IMG/VR virus record: IMGVR_UViG_3300032516_000022
Span: 1-61,818 of that record
Strand: one strand, 5' to 3'
Source of the DNA: a virus
Lineage: Duplodnaviria; Caudoviricetes
Length of the DNA: 61,818 nt
This document shows, piece by piece, positions 26,013-36,113 of the stretch. Made by a program: the position numbers and the translations under genes. A model generated the notes under the pieces. That model made no database searches. It was given only the letters and a program-made list of their open reading frames with translations, and had not been told where the DNA came from. Position 1 is the stretch's first letter, and every line of letters starts with the position of its first letter.

Positions 26013-26959
26013 CCATCGTTTGCTGGAAGTGGAACAGAGGTCTGCATCCTAAGAAACGGATGCTCTTTGGTCCTGATCACGTCAACACATTGTTTTCAAT
26101 GCTCAGGCGACACGTTCATATTCCCTTTCGCTTGGTCTGCATTACAGATGATCCGATGGGACTGCATCCTGAGATTGGTAAGATTCCGCTCTGGCGGGAT
26201 CATCTGAATCTCGGCGGATGCTTTGTACGACTGAAGAGCTTCTCCAAGGAGATGCTTTCGGTGCTCGGTCCCCGGCATTGCAGCATTGACCTCGACTGCG
26301 TGATTGTCAATGACATCACACCACTACTAACCTGCAAGGAAGACTTTCGGATATGGGGAGAGGAAACTCGCCTGACTCCTTACTGCGGAGCCTTCTGGAT
26401 TGCCAACACGGGTTGCCGATCCCAAGTTTGGGAGCAGTTCCAACCCAGTAAGTATTGTCAACAGGAGAATGGTAAGTTCAAGAGGGGCACAGATCAGGCT
26501 GTTATCTCCGACATTCTTTATCCTGATGAGGCCACGTGGGGAAAGACGGATGGCATTTACAACTACGGACAGGACATTCGTGTACGCCCAGAACTTCCGG
26601 CAGCAAGACAGGAACGCACAACTCTTATTCGCAACAAGACCCACGAAGCGTCCAATGCTATTTTGCAGTCACAGTACATGGTCAAAAGAACCTTGTCCAA
26701 GACTAGACCTCCATTACCTGAGAGCGATGCCAATCGTATGTATCAAGATGCCAAGCGCAGAGCAGTGGGTAAAGTCTTGCTGAAGTACCGCAAGGAATTG
26801 GATAAGATGAACCAGCGCATCAAATCCTGTGAGCCGTACAAGAATAACGATGGCAAGTTGCCGGCGAATGCAAGGATCGTCTTTTTCAACGGGGCAGAGG
26901 ATCCAAACAATCCAATCCTTCAAGAAGAGTGTTCTTGGATAAAGGAGCACTACCAATGA
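26003..26959 (+). CDS. GT-A fold glycosyltransferase with helical insertion
   Basis: VCWKW, CITDD, IDLDCVI, TDQ, IVFFNG. Confidence 0.75.
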   Translation: MSLTIVCWKWNRGLHPKKRMLFGPDHVNTLFSMLRRHVHIPFRLVCITDDPMGLHPEIGKIPLWRDHLNLGGCFVRLKSFSKEMLSVLGPRHCSIDLDCVIVNDITPLLTCKEDFRIWGEETRLTPYCGAFWIANTGCRSQVWEQFQPSKYCQQENGKFKRGTDQAVISDILYPDEATWGKTDGIYNYGQDIRVRPELPAARQERTTLIRNKTHEASNAILQSQYMVKRTLSKTRPPLPESDANRMYQDAKRRAVGKVLLKYRKELDKMNQRIKSCEPYKNNDGKLPANARIVFFNGAEDPNNPILQEECSWIKEHYQ

Positions 26960-27705
26960 AATACACCATCGTCACCTTCCTTTGGGGTAACTGGGAAATG
27001 CAGGACGGAGGCATCTGCTACGTCCATGCACTGGCGGCTGGGGTGGCCCGGCACTTTTCCAAGCCCTATCGTTTTGTTGTGCTTACTGACCATCCTGCTT
27101 CTGAGTTCAACAAGGACATTACCGTCATTCCTTTTGACTGTCCTAACTACTTGGGCAATTTGAAGAAGATGGCTATGTTCCGAAGAGAGAATGGATTTGA
27201 AGGACGGATCATGGCTCTGGATCTTGATACGGTGGTGCTTGGGGACTTTAGTGGACTCATGGAGAACACGGTTCAGAAGTTCACGACATGCGAGTGTCCC
27301 TACCACTTGCGGTGGATCGGGGGAGGAATCCATTGCTTCGATGCTGGCTTTGGACACTACGAGCTTTGGCAGCCCGTGGTTGATCAGCAGGCTTTTTGGG
27401 AACAGCAGTCTCGGGGATCTGAGCGAATATACTTGACCATGCGATTCAAGGACTCTGGTATTGCAACGGACTTTTGGCAGCGTCGTTTTCCAAAGCAGGT
27501 CGTCAGCTTCAAAAGTGAATGCCGATGGCACATCGTTCCTGAGGAAGCCAAGCTCGTTTGGTTTCATGGGGTTCCTCGGCCACACCAGTGCATGGAAATT
27601 GAATGGATTCGGGATAATTGGCTTAAAGGGACAACAAACGCTCTAGGATTCGCTATACGACCCGAGGAGACCGGGATAGTGACTTCCCTAGGGAAGGGTA
27701 TTTGA
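26956..27705 (+). CDS. GT-A fold glycosyltransferase (paralog)
   Basis: VLTD, LDLDTVV, WFHGVPRPH. Confidence 0.75.
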   Translation: MKYTIVTFLWGNWEMQDGGICYVHALAAGVARHFSKPYRFVVLTDHPASEFNKDITVIPFDCPNYLGNLKKMAMFRRENGFEGRIMALDLDTVVLGDFSGLMENTVQKFTTCECPYHLRWIGGGIHCFDAGFGHYELWQPVVDQQAFWEQQSRGSERIYLTMRFKDSGIATDFWQRRFPKQVVSFKSECRWHIVPEEAKLVWFHGVPRPHQCMEIEWIRDNWLKGTTNALGFAIRPEETGIVTSLGKGI

Positions 27706-27735
27706 AGGGCGTATAGCGAATCCTGGAGTGTCTAC
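27636..27735 (+). repeat. Dispersed ~95-bp element, copy 3
   Basis: Arms 27638-27659 and 27710-27731 form a 22-bp inverted repeat with 2 mismatches; CTAGG to TGAAG is 60 bp. Confidence 0.9.
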
Positions 27736-28425
27736 ATGAATAATATGACGCAAGCGCAGGTGGTGGGTGGGAACAGTCTCCCTTGCCCGATCCTAGTAAC
27801 CGGAGCAGCCCGATCTGGTGTGTCCATGACAGCCGGGGTCTTGCGCCGATGTGGGGCTTGGGTTGGGGTGGTGGACAATAGCTACGAGAACATTGAAATC
27901 CGGGACAAGACGATTACCCCTTATCTGAAATTCTTAGGATGTGATCCGCACGGGCAGAATCCACTACCTGTTATTCAAGACGTAATTGATAAGCCTTTGG
28001 CTGGGCTTGTTCGAAGAGTGGAGACAGCTGTTAAGTTTCAGGGATACACCTTTGGTCCGTGGATGTATAAATCCAATAGCATCTTGCTGACATACCCAAT
28101 GTGGTGTCGGGAGTTTCCTTTGAGTAAGTGGATCATTGTCAGAAGAGACGACAAGGACATTATCAATTCTTGCCTGAAGACCAAGTACATGAAAGGGCAT
28201 TCTGATGAGGCGGAATGGCAGGGATACCTTGATGCACACAAGACAAGGATTGTGGAGATTGAAGAATGTGTGAAGGACTGCCGCGAAGTCTGGCCGAGCC
28301 GAATGGTGGATGGTGACTTCGGGGAGATCAAGGAAGTGGTCGAATGGTTGAAACTACGGTGGAATGAAGGACGAGTTCGCGAATGGATTCGTCCCAACCT
28401 GTGGAGGGCGTGCAATGTCAGTTAG
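27736..28425 (+). CDS. Sulfotransferase-family protein
   Basis: ILVTGAARSGVS (PAPS 5'-PSB-like loop) and WIIVRR....IINS (3'-PB-like). Confidence 0.7.
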   Translation: MNNMTQAQVVGGNSLPCPILVTGAARSGVSMTAGVLRRCGAWVGVVDNSYENIEIRDKTITPYLKFLGCDPHGQNPLPVIQDVIDKPLAGLVRRVETAVKFQGYTFGPWMYKSNSILLTYPMWCREFPLSKWIIVRRDDKDIINSCLKTKYMKGHSDEAEWQGYLDAHKTRIVEIEECVKDCREVWPSRMVDGDFGEIKEVVEWLKLRWNEGRVREWIRPNLWRACNVS

Positions 28426-28804
28426 AGTATCAGCAAGCGACGTTCAGGCAATCATTGACTATGATACGGCAGCGATCACGGACTTGACCCCGTTCATCAC
28501 GATTGCCAGTCTGCTTACGGACAAGGTTGCTGCCAACGACACTTCTATTTCAGCAGCCCAGTTGCTGGAATTGGAACGGTGGTTGGCAGCGCACTTCGTC
28601 GCCGTTCGGGATCCAAAGCTGACAAGTCAGTCAGCAAACGGAGCCTCCGAATCCTACGAGACAAACAAGAGTGGAATGGGATTGAAGGCCACCCGCTATG
28701 GACAGCAAGCCATCCTGTTGGACACATCGGGCTTTCTTTCCAGCATTGCGGAGTCGGCTAAGAAGGCTTCCATGAAAATGATTGCACCGGAGGATGCCCC
28801 ATGA
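28415..28804 (+). CDS. Head-tail adaptor
   Basis: LERWLAAH and TRYGQQA..LD motifs; position. Confidence 0.75.
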   Translation: MSVRVSASDVQAIIDYDTAAITDLTPFITIASLLTDKVAANDTSISAAQLLELERWLAAHFVAVRDPKLTSQSANGASESYETNKSGMGLKATRYGQQAILLDTSGFLSSIAESAKKASMKMIAPEDAP

Positions 28805-29145
28805 ACATGAGAGAGAAGTGCCGACAGACTGCTGTTTACTGGGAGGTGTTGGGAGCGGATGGTCGGGGCTCGTGGTCTTTTGACATCCCAGTGGAGGTGA
28901 AGTGCCGTTGGGACAATACGGCCGTGGAGTACAAGGACACCAACGGGGAGATCAAGATCAGCACAGCCGTGGTGCTCCTTGCTTCCGACACTGTGTTGCT
29001 TGGAGGGTATCTGTACTTGGGGACCTTGTCGGATTGCGACAATGCCGCAGATCCAACTACCCTTGCGGATGCCCGTCCAATCATGCAAGTGCAAAGCGTG
29101 CCAGTGATCAGCAATCGACAAACAATTGTGAAGGCCATTCTGTGA
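28801..29145 (+). CDS. Head closure/stopper protein
   Basis: QTAVYW...PVEVKCRW; position. Confidence 0.7.
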   Translation: MNMREKCRQTAVYWEVLGADGRGSWSFDIPVEVKCRWDNTAVEYKDTNGEIKISTAVVLLASDTVLLGGYLYLGTLSDCDNAADPTTLADARPIMQVQSVPVISNRQTIVKAIL

Positions 29146-29639
29146 GTGGAAGCGTACGAGTTCTGGGATTGGAAAAGGTTCTGTCAAATCTGAACAAGGC
29201 TTTGACCGAATCGAAGAAGACCACGAAGAAGGGACTCATCCGGGCTGGGTTTTTCATTCAGCGAGGCAGTCAGCAAAGATGTCCGGTGGACACAAGTAAC
29301 TTGAAGAATTCAGCATACACCGCATGGGGTGAGGGATCAGCAAGCAACCCGGACTTTCGTACGTCAGGTGTTTCCGGGAAAACCGTATCACCGGCTGAAG
29401 TTGCTCAGATGAGCGCAAATCATGAGGCGGAGATTACTAAGCGCAAGGCTGCAGTACAGGGCAAGCTGGCTGTCTATGTTGGACACTCTGCTGCCTACGC
29501 TTTGTTTGTTCACGAGGACATGGCAGCCAACCATCCAAATGGTGGGGAAGCGAAGTTCCTTGAGAGAACAATACAAGATAATCAAGCACAGATAATTCGG
29601 ATCGCTATGGAAACGGCAAAGGAGAACATTGCAAAATGA
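29142..29639 (+). CDS. HK97 gp10-like neck protein
   Basis: PVDTSNLKNS, YALFVHE, AKFLE. Confidence 0.8.
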   Translation: MSGSVRVLGLEKVLSNLNKALTESKKTTKKGLIRAGFFIQRGSQQRCPVDTSNLKNSAYTAWGEGSASNPDFRTSGVSGKTVSPAEVAQMSANHEAEITKRKAAVQGKLAVYVGHSAAYALFVHEDMAANHPNGGEAKFLERTIQDNQAQIIRIAMETAKENIAK

Positions 29640-30046
29640 ATCCGCTTTCAGAGGACATCAAAGATCTGCTCGTGACGGCAGGGGTGGGTGCGTTTGCTGC
29701 TACGTCCGGCTGGGGTATCTTTATCAACACAGAACCCGACGAACCCAGTACAAGCATCACCATCTATGACTTGGGCGGTCCGGCTCCGGAAGAGTGCTTT
29801 AATCGCGCGATCAAACCCTTGTCTCGCCCGTCCGTTCAGGTGCGTGTGAGAGGGACTTCTTACCTAACAGCTTATGCTAAGATAAATGATGTGATTGCGG
29901 CTCTACGTCGAGTGGGGCCATGGACGGCCAGCGGCAGTACATATCTTGATTTGTTCCAGTCGAACGTGACATTGTTTTTGCAGAAGGATCAAAAGAATCG
30001 GTTCATCTGGGTCGTGGACTTCCACGCCGTAAAGAAGGAGGCATAG
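29636..30046 (+). CDS. Tail terminator
   Basis: ITIYD.GG..P, PSVQVRVR, D.KNR; position. Confidence 0.75.
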   Translation: MNPLSEDIKDLLVTAGVGAFAATSGWGIFINTEPDEPSTSITIYDLGGPAPEECFNRAIKPLSRPSVQVRVRGTSYLTAYAKINDVIAALRRVGPWTASGSTYLDLFQSNVTLFLQKDQKNRFIWVVDFHAVKKEA

Positions 30047-30047
30047 T

Positions 30048-30389
30048 ATGGCAAGGAGTAGAACATTGGCGATGACGAAGACAATGGAAACTCGCGTGAA
30101 TAACCTTGTGGAATTGAAAAAGCAGTTGTCTAGTTGGCAGTGGCGGCCAACTCGGTATGGATTTTGGATCCATCCATTCGCGACCATCTATGCCAAGCTG
30201 CGCATCGTCTTTACGTCCACCTCCGTGTATGTGGAAAAGAAGCAGGGACCTAAGTGCTGGATTAGGATGTATGAGTCGTCGTTCAGCAAATTGAATTCGG
30301 CTGAGTTTCTGGAAGGCATTCAGAACTCAGTCCTTGGAACTGAACAAAATGCGACCCCAATAGTGGGGCCGATAGAAACAACAAAGTAG
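30048..30389 (+). CDS. Hypothetical protein
   Basis: AGGAGG RBS; sits between tail terminator and tube. Confidence 0.6.
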   Translation: MARSRTLAMTKTMETRVNNLVELKKQLSSWQWRPTRYGFWIHPFATIYAKLRIVFTSTSVYVEKKQGPKCWIRMYESSFSKLNSAEFLEGIQNSVLGTEQNATPIVGPIETTK

Positions 30390-30405
30390 AAAGGAGAACC
30401 CAACG

Positions 30406-30780
30406 ATGGCAACCGTAGGCACAGGCACAACGATTACATTCGCATCGGGATTCTTCGCGGAGATCCTTTCCGTCAGTGGCCCTAATGCGTCACGGGTAAG
30501 CATTCCGACATCCCACATGGGAACGACGAGTGCTCATACGTTCACGCCGGGCGACTTGGTGGACTGGGGTGAGTTGACTGTGGAGCTGGCGTTTGATCCT
30601 TCGGCGACCCCGCCGATCGCGTCATCGTCGGAGTCCGTGATTATCAACTTCCCGGATAGTGACACGTCGACATGGACCATGACTGGGTTCATGACCGCGT
30701 TCTCACCGTCCACTCCCTTCGAAGAGAGAGCCACAGCATCGGCGACAATTAAGATCACCGGCGCTGTGGTGATAACATAA
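30406..30780 (+). CDS. Tail tube (major tail) protein
   Basis: PGDLVDWGELTVEL.FDP...TIKITG; lies before the chaperones. Confidence 0.75.
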   Translation: MATVGTGTTITFASGFFAEILSVSGPNASRVSIPTSHMGTTSAHTFTPGDLVDWGELTVELAFDPSATPPIASSSESVIINFPDSDTSTWTMTGFMTAFSPSTPFEERATASATIKITGAVVIT

Positions 30781-30805
30781 TCAAGTAGTAGTAAGGAGGC
30801 TAACC

Positions 30806-31180
30806 ATGCCAACTGGCAAACTGTTGACCAAGATGGAAGTTCTGCAAGTGCAGGACAAGAAGTACATGGACGTTGAAGTTCCTGAGTGGGATGGATCCGT
30901 CCGTGTCGGAGTAATGTCAGGAACCGATCGGGAAAAGTTCGAGTCGTTTGTGCAGAGCAGGATCAGTTCTGACGGCAAGACGACCAACATGTCTGATGTG
31001 AGAGCCACCCTATTGTCGCTTGTACTGGTTGACGGCAAGGGTGAAAGGATGTTCTCGCAGGATGATGTGAAGGCGCTTGGTGATAAGAACGGGGCTGTGC
31101 TCGCCCGACTGGCTGACGTTGCGATGCGGGTTAATGGGCTAACGAAAGAGTCGGTTGAGGAGCTGAGAAAAAACTCCTAA
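30806..31180 (+). CDS. Tail assembly chaperone G
   Basis: VEVPEWDGSV; ends with slippery A AAA AAC at 31168-31174. Confidence 0.85.
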   Translation: MPTGKLLTKMEVLQVQDKKYMDVEVPEWDGSVRVGVMSGTDREKFESFVQSRISSDGKTTNMSDVRATLLSLVLVDGKGERMFSQDDVKALGDKNGAVLARLADVAMRVNGLTKESVEELRKNS

Positions 31181-31539
31181 AGGACCCCGTCAGATGTCAG
31201 TGGTTTCGGCTCTCCCGGCAATTGGGTAAAGGCTTACATGAAGCACAACGGACAATCGATGCCCGTGAGTTCGCTGAGTGGATGGCCTATGATTCAATCG
31301 AGCCGGGAGAGCCAACCCGGGCGGACATGCAAGCAGCACTTATCGCGGCTATGCTGGCGAACGTAAATCGAGACCCTAAGAAGAAGCCAGTACCTTTTGA
31401 GATAAGTGACTTCATGTTGAAGTTTCATGACGAGGTCCAAGACACGAGGCGAATGTCCCAAAAGGATATCAAGCAACGATTGACAATCTGGAAGCAAGAC
31501 TACTCAGCCCACCAACGTAAAAAGAAGAGGCGCGTATGA
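31168..31539 (+). CDS. Tail assembly chaperone T (-1 frameshift extension)
   Basis: The -1 frame is open from the slippery site: KLLKDPVRCQWFRLSRQLG...EFAEWMAY. Confidence 0.8.
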   Translation, partial: KKLLKDPVRCQWFRLSRQLGKGLHEAQRTIDAREFAEWMAYDSIEPGEPTRADMQAALIAAMLANVNRDPKKKPVPFEISDFMLKFHDEVQDTRRMSQKDIKQRLTIWKQDYSAHQRKKKRRV

Positions 31540-32939
31540 TGGACAGTACATTAGGTTCTCTGACCCTTTTGCTGAAAGCGGATGCCAGCAACATGAACAA
31601 TGTTGTGGGGGCAGTCCGAAAGGGGCTCATGGGGTTTACAAGGGACCTTGCCGGGCTGGCGGGCGTAGGCTTGTCAGTGGGTGGGGTGATTGCAGGATTG
31701 AAAGAAAGCCTCAGTCTGGGCGGGTCCCTATACGACCTTAGTCAACAGACTGGCGTGGCCGTGGATCAGCTTGTTGTACTTCGACAGGCGTTGGATGAGA
31801 CGGGGGTGGGTGCAGGTCGGGCCATGTTCATCCTCAATATGATGCAGCGAAACGTGAACACGTTGGGGAAGACAGGCAAAGGTAACAGCTTTCTAAGTAG
31901 CATCGGTCTTAGTATGAAGGAACTGAACAAGCAGTCTCCTGTTGAAAAGCTGAAGACCATTAGCACAGCTCTTGGGAAATTGTCTGAAGAAGATAGAATG
32001 TCAGCCTTGCGGAAACTGTTTGGACACGGCGGCATTCGTCTTCGGGGGTTCTTCGCAGACCCCAATGTACTGAAAGAAGTTGAGCATGCACTGGGTGGGA
32101 TACCCGCTTTGATCATGAGAAATGCAAAGTCCTTTGATCAATTGTTGGATGTCATATCCCGATTCAAATACATCCGCCTTGGATTATTCACCGGGATCAT
32201 GGAGGGTCTGGCACCCATGATGAAGACCATCACAGATGAGATTTCCAAGATCGACTTGTCTGGAATTGGACAGAGAATTGGACGCTTCGTTCTGTTCATA
32301 GTGGAGCTGATTAAGTCGGGTCGGTTCGGGGAATTGATGAAGCTGGAATTTGAGTACGCGTTCAGTTGGATTGCGGACAACTGGATGTCGCTTGTTCAGC
32401 ACTTGGGTACAGTTCTGAAAGTAGGCTTCAAGATTGCATTGTCTGAAATATACAACATGCTTTCTGGAACCAAGATAGGAAATTTTTTGGGTCTCAGTGG
32501 AAAGATTGACATGGCAGCCCAGATGAAGAACGGGATGGCTGCTATTCGAGCAAGTGCGGCGGAGATTGGTAAGAACTCGAGTGAACAGACTTTGGTTCTT
32601 GATTTCAAAAAGCAATTCCTGATCGACGACATCATGGCAGTTGTGGAAGACCGGATTGCCAAGCAACAGAACTGGACCCCGATGACCACCGGGGGTACTG
32701 GAGGTGCTGGGGAAACTGGAGCAGCAGGCTTCGTCAACAAGTATGCTCCGACTGCGCTTAGGGGATCGGTGGAAGGGTATAAGGCAGAAATGGGAATGTC
32801 AAAGGACATGGCCAACGTGGCAACCAACACGGCGAAGACAGCACAGAACACCAACCAGACGGCTGATAAGCTGGATGAGATGAACGATACGTTGAATGAA
32901 AACTTGAACTTCGCCGTACTTGGAGAAGGGGGCATTTAA
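31536..32939 (+). CDS. Tape measure protein (short, 467 aa)
   Basis: LGSLTLLLKAD N-terminus, helical and G/A-rich, follows G/T. Confidence 0.8.
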   Translation: MMDSTLGSLTLLLKADASNMNNVVGAVRKGLMGFTRDLAGLAGVGLSVGGVIAGLKESLSLGGSLYDLSQQTGVAVDQLVVLRQALDETGVGAGRAMFILNMMQRNVNTLGKTGKGNSFLSSIGLSMKELNKQSPVEKLKTISTALGKLSEEDRMSALRKLFGHGGIRLRGFFADPNVLKEVEHALGGIPALIMRNAKSFDQLLDVISRFKYIRLGLFTGIMEGLAPMMKTITDEISKIDLSGIGQRIGRFVLFIVELIKSGRFGELMKLEFEYAFSWIADNWMSLVQHLGTVLKVGFKIALSEIYNMLSGTKIGNFLGLSGKIDMAAQMKNGMAAIRASAAEIGKNSSEQTLVLDFKKQFLIDDIMAVVEDRIAKQQNWTPMTTGGTGGAGETGAAGFVNKYAPTALRGSVEGYKAEMGMSKDMANVATNTAKTAQNTNQTADKLDEMNDTLNENLNFAVLGEGGI

Positions 32940-33877
32940 TGATCACAAGTGTGACATTGGTTGATCGGGATTCCAACATAGACGCCAAGGGGCTTCGGAG
33001 TGCCACAAACGTCTATCAGATTGAGACAACTGATGCGGTAGGGGATGATGAAATTGCAGTGCTGTCCGCATCTGATCTACCCAAGCGATTAGATAAGCAT
33101 CCAACCGATGACACCTTATGGGTATCCACGATATCGGCCAAGCCCTTTGAGGATCGTCTCCATTGGCGAGTGACCGTCAACTATGAGCCGATGCCCTATG
33201 GGTTTCAGTCGGGGTCTGGACAGAAGCCTTGGGAGATGCCGGCACAGGTTTCCTATTTCCTCGACAAGGAACAGGTGGCGATCAGTAAGGCATATGACTA
33301 TGATGTTGATGAGCCATTCTTTCCTTCTCTTCCAATTGTTAATAGTGCCCAGGATCCGTTTATCGATCCACTCATGAAGAACAAGAATCGGTTTGGTATT
33401 CACATCATCAAGAATGTGGAGGATGCAAACTGGGATCCGGTTAGTATCTTTTCCCTCATCGATACTTTGAATGAATCGACGGATGGATCAGGTGCCCGAA
33501 TTGGGGGCGTTGCTATTGCTGATCGACAAGCCCGAATCAAGGAAATGAAACTTGATCCAGCCATGACTGATGAACAGGAATTGTACTGGGTGTTCACAGT
33601 TGACATTGTCATGGATCGGGATGAGTGGGCCCAGTCTATTTACGATCAGGGTTTTAATACAATGAATGCTACCACAGGCGAGAAGACACGCATTCAAGTC
33701 AAGGATCCTCTAGGCGGGGATGATAAAGATGCCGTGGAACCGCAACCACTAGATGGGGCTGGTCAAGTTCGAAATCCTGTAACCAGTCCGCTTCCGAAGT
33801 ACAAGGACTTTGCAATATATCCATTAGCCGATTGGAGTATCTTGGACCTGCCCAAGGAAAAGGACGGAGCATCCTAA
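32939..33877 (+). CDS. Tail tip/hub protein
   Basis: Follows the tape measure gene; IVNSAQDPF and EPQPLDGAG motifs. Confidence 0.6.
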   Translation: MITSVTLVDRDSNIDAKGLRSATNVYQIETTDAVGDDEIAVLSASDLPKRLDKHPTDDTLWVSTISAKPFEDRLHWRVTVNYEPMPYGFQSGSGQKPWEMPAQVSYFLDKEQVAISKAYDYDVDEPFFPSLPIVNSAQDPFIDPLMKNKNRFGIHIIKNVEDANWDPVSIFSLIDTLNESTDGSGARIGGVAIADRQARIKEMKLDPAMTDEQELYWVFTVDIVMDRDEWAQSIYDQGFNTMNATTGEKTRIQVKDPLGGDDKDAVEPQPLDGAGQVRNPVTSPLPKYKDFAIYPLADWSILDLPKEKDGAS

Positions 33878-33878
33878 C

Positions 33879-34337
33879 ATGAAGAAAGTTGTCTTCACTC
33901 CTGGGGCTGCCAATCGAGTTTGGCAGGCCACTAAGATTGTGGAAAGCAACGTCGGGGAATATCCCGAACGTCGGCACTTCCCTCGATTGACAGGAGGATC
34001 AGCAGTCGCGACAAACGATCACTCATGGAAATTCAAAAAAACTTCCGCCACAGGCGGCACGGTGACGCTGGGGCAGGTGTTTTTGGGTGGCGCGGCTAAG
34101 ACGGTGGGAAGTTTCCCGAGCGGCGGCACGCTGACGGGGGTGACGACCACGACGCATTACTGGGTGGCCATTAACCGGAGCGCGGCCACGGCGACCTGGG
34201 GCAGTGGAGCCAGCGTGACAGCTAATACAGACACCGTTGAATACTGGCATGTGCTGACCCTGACTTGCGCGGAAAGCGTGATCACGGCGGTAATGGAATG
34301 GTGGCAGAGTGATATTCGAGTGACGCTGTTTGGTTAG
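33879..34337 (+). CDS. Putative tail protein
   Basis: Position; T/G-rich. Confidence 0.5.
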   Translation: MKKVVFTPGAANRVWQATKIVESNVGEYPERRHFPRLTGGSAVATNDHSWKFKKTSATGGTVTLGQVFLGGAAKTVGSFPSGGTLTGVTTTTHYWVAINRSAATATWGSGASVTANTDTVEYWHVLTLTCAESVITAVMEWWQSDIRVTLFG

Positions 34338-34347
34338 GAGGTAACTT

Positions 34348-35475
34348 ATGGCAGGTTGGACTTCCTCGATTTGGCCTTTATCAACTCATCCAAGGATCAC
34401 AAAACAACATCTGGACGAGATAAGTGCTGCCATTGTAGAACGTGGCGACTTGATAAATTCTGGATGGTCTGGCTACACTTACACGTATCGCAATTATCGT
34501 AATATACTAGCTGATCCTAGTATACTGGTCGGATTCAAAGCAGCAGTAAAGAATATGATCACGGGCGGTAGTAGCCATGGACAGAGGTTCACCCCAAAAC
34601 AAGCTACAGGTAATTTTAACGCTTACTTTGCAGCTCACACAGGCGTTGCGGCAAGACCACCAATAACGACAGTTGAAATACTAGAAGACTTGAAAATACC
34701 GACAAACTATTTCGACTATACGCCTTACCGAGGTTTAAGTGGTTGTGGATTTGTGTCTGATAGTGAGGGTGTTAACGGCGTGGCAGGCTATCAGAACGAT
34801 GACACTGCGGCTGGGGGGAGTGTGTTTCCAACTGGACGAACACACTGGACAACTAGCGACTATGGTTTCGACAACATCAAACACATATTGAGCAAACTGT
34901 GTTGGATATCGTATGGTCAAGATTATCTTCCGTGGCAGGTTGTACGAGATGCTGGTTACAGGGGGGATGGGAAGGACGCGAATTGGAGTACCGCAAAAAC
35001 AGAGGCGGAAACCAATTATGCCACATCGACGTTAGTTGGTTTAATTGGTGAAGCACACAGATTCACTCTTGGTTACAAAGACGTTGTTGGAGACTTTTGG
35101 ACAATTGTAGCATCAATGATTTGGCACTCGGAGCAAAATTATGTCCATGACGGGACTATGCATTGTGATACCGATTTCTATCATTATGCCGAGGCGCGGT
35201 CAACAGGTAATCACGTTGTCTATGATGCGTATGGTTTACCTAATATAATCGAGGGTCAACATGCAATTGTAGCGACTAAAGTTTGGGATGGCACTTCTGG
35301 TGCTTGGCCGACTGCCAACCCATCACCTAGTTATGGATCAAGTGATATGCCTAGTCCATGGTGTGATGAGCCTAGCTATCACAGCCCCACAGAATACTAC
35401 AATAGAGGCAATAAGGTTATGGCCAAGTTTTGTATATACCGTTTTGACATTACGGGTGGTTTGGAATACGTGTAG
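34348..35475 (+). CDS. Putative tail tip/receptor-binding protein
   Basis: Strong RBS, aromatic-rich, AT-richer than its neighbours. Confidence 0.5.
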   Translation: MAGWTSSIWPLSTHPRITKQHLDEISAAIVERGDLINSGWSGYTYTYRNYRNILADPSILVGFKAAVKNMITGGSSHGQRFTPKQATGNFNAYFAAHTGVAARPPITTVEILEDLKIPTNYFDYTPYRGLSGCGFVSDSEGVNGVAGYQNDDTAAGGSVFPTGRTHWTTSDYGFDNIKHILSKLCWISYGQDYLPWQVVRDAGYRGDGKDANWSTAKTEAETNYATSTLVGLIGEAHRFTLGYKDVVGDFWTIVASMIWHSEQNYVHDGTMHCDTDFYHYAEARSTGNHVVYDAYGLPNIIEGQHAIVATKVWDGTSGAWPTANPSPSYGSSDMPSPWCDEPSYHSPTEYYNRGNKVMAKFCIYRFDITGGLEYV

Positions 35476-35510
35476 AAACCATAAACAGGTAAAAGAAAAA
35501 GGAGAATGGT

Positions 35511-35996
35511 ATGAACTGGAAATGGCTGACAGACTGGATCAAGCGTTTGTTCTCGAAGAAGCAGAAGCCGGACCCGACCCCGCAAACGGATCCCGCGCTG
35601 GCGGATGAGATGGACATCACCGGGGCGCTTATCAAGGACGGGCCTGACGACATCGCCAAGTGGCCGGTCAACGTGGGGCTGAAGGATATCAACATCGGCA
35701 GCCTGATTCACTGGGCGTACGATCGGCCCTTACCGTGGAAGAAAGAATATGATGGGTCCATCGGAAACAACTGGCTGTTCATGGAAATCGACGGACGCCT
35801 GTATGGCTCCCCGAGTGACTGGGTACGGCGCAACGAGCCCTACAAGGATTTCGGCGACGTGAAGATCGCGCTGAATGGCGTTGTCTACAGGCCTGTAAAG
35901 GGTCAGGTGTTCGGCTTCATGTTGTCCACACCAGCGCGCAACAACGTCATGAGGCAGGGCAACAGAACACAGGTTAAGCAGTTGACCGTACCATGA
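35511..35996 (+). CDS. Hypothetical protein with amphipathic N-terminus
   Basis: AGGAG RBS; 161 aa. Confidence 0.65.
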   Translation: MNWKWLTDWIKRLFSKKQKPDPTPQTDPALADEMDITGALIKDGPDDIAKWPVNVGLKDINIGSLIHWAYDRPLPWKKEYDGSIGNNWLFMEIDGRLYGSPSDWVRRNEPYKDFGDVKIALNGVVYRPVKGQVFGFMLSTPARNNVMRQGNRTQVKQLTVP

Positions 35997-36004
35997 GGTA
36001 AACG

Positions 36005-36109
36005 ATGATATACAACGAAATAGAAATTGGCGTTGCGGTTATGGTGAGATTAGAGATTGCCGTGGTCATAATCGCGCTGTTAACGGCGATAGTGATGGGG
36101 GTAATGTAA
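36005..36109 (+). CDS. Small membrane peptide
   Basis: MIYNEIEIGVAVMVRLEIAVVIIALLTAIVMGVM; GAGGT RBS. Confidence 0.4.
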   Translation: MIYNEIEIGVAVMVRLEIAVVIIALLTAIVMGVM

Positions 36110-36113
36110 CACC

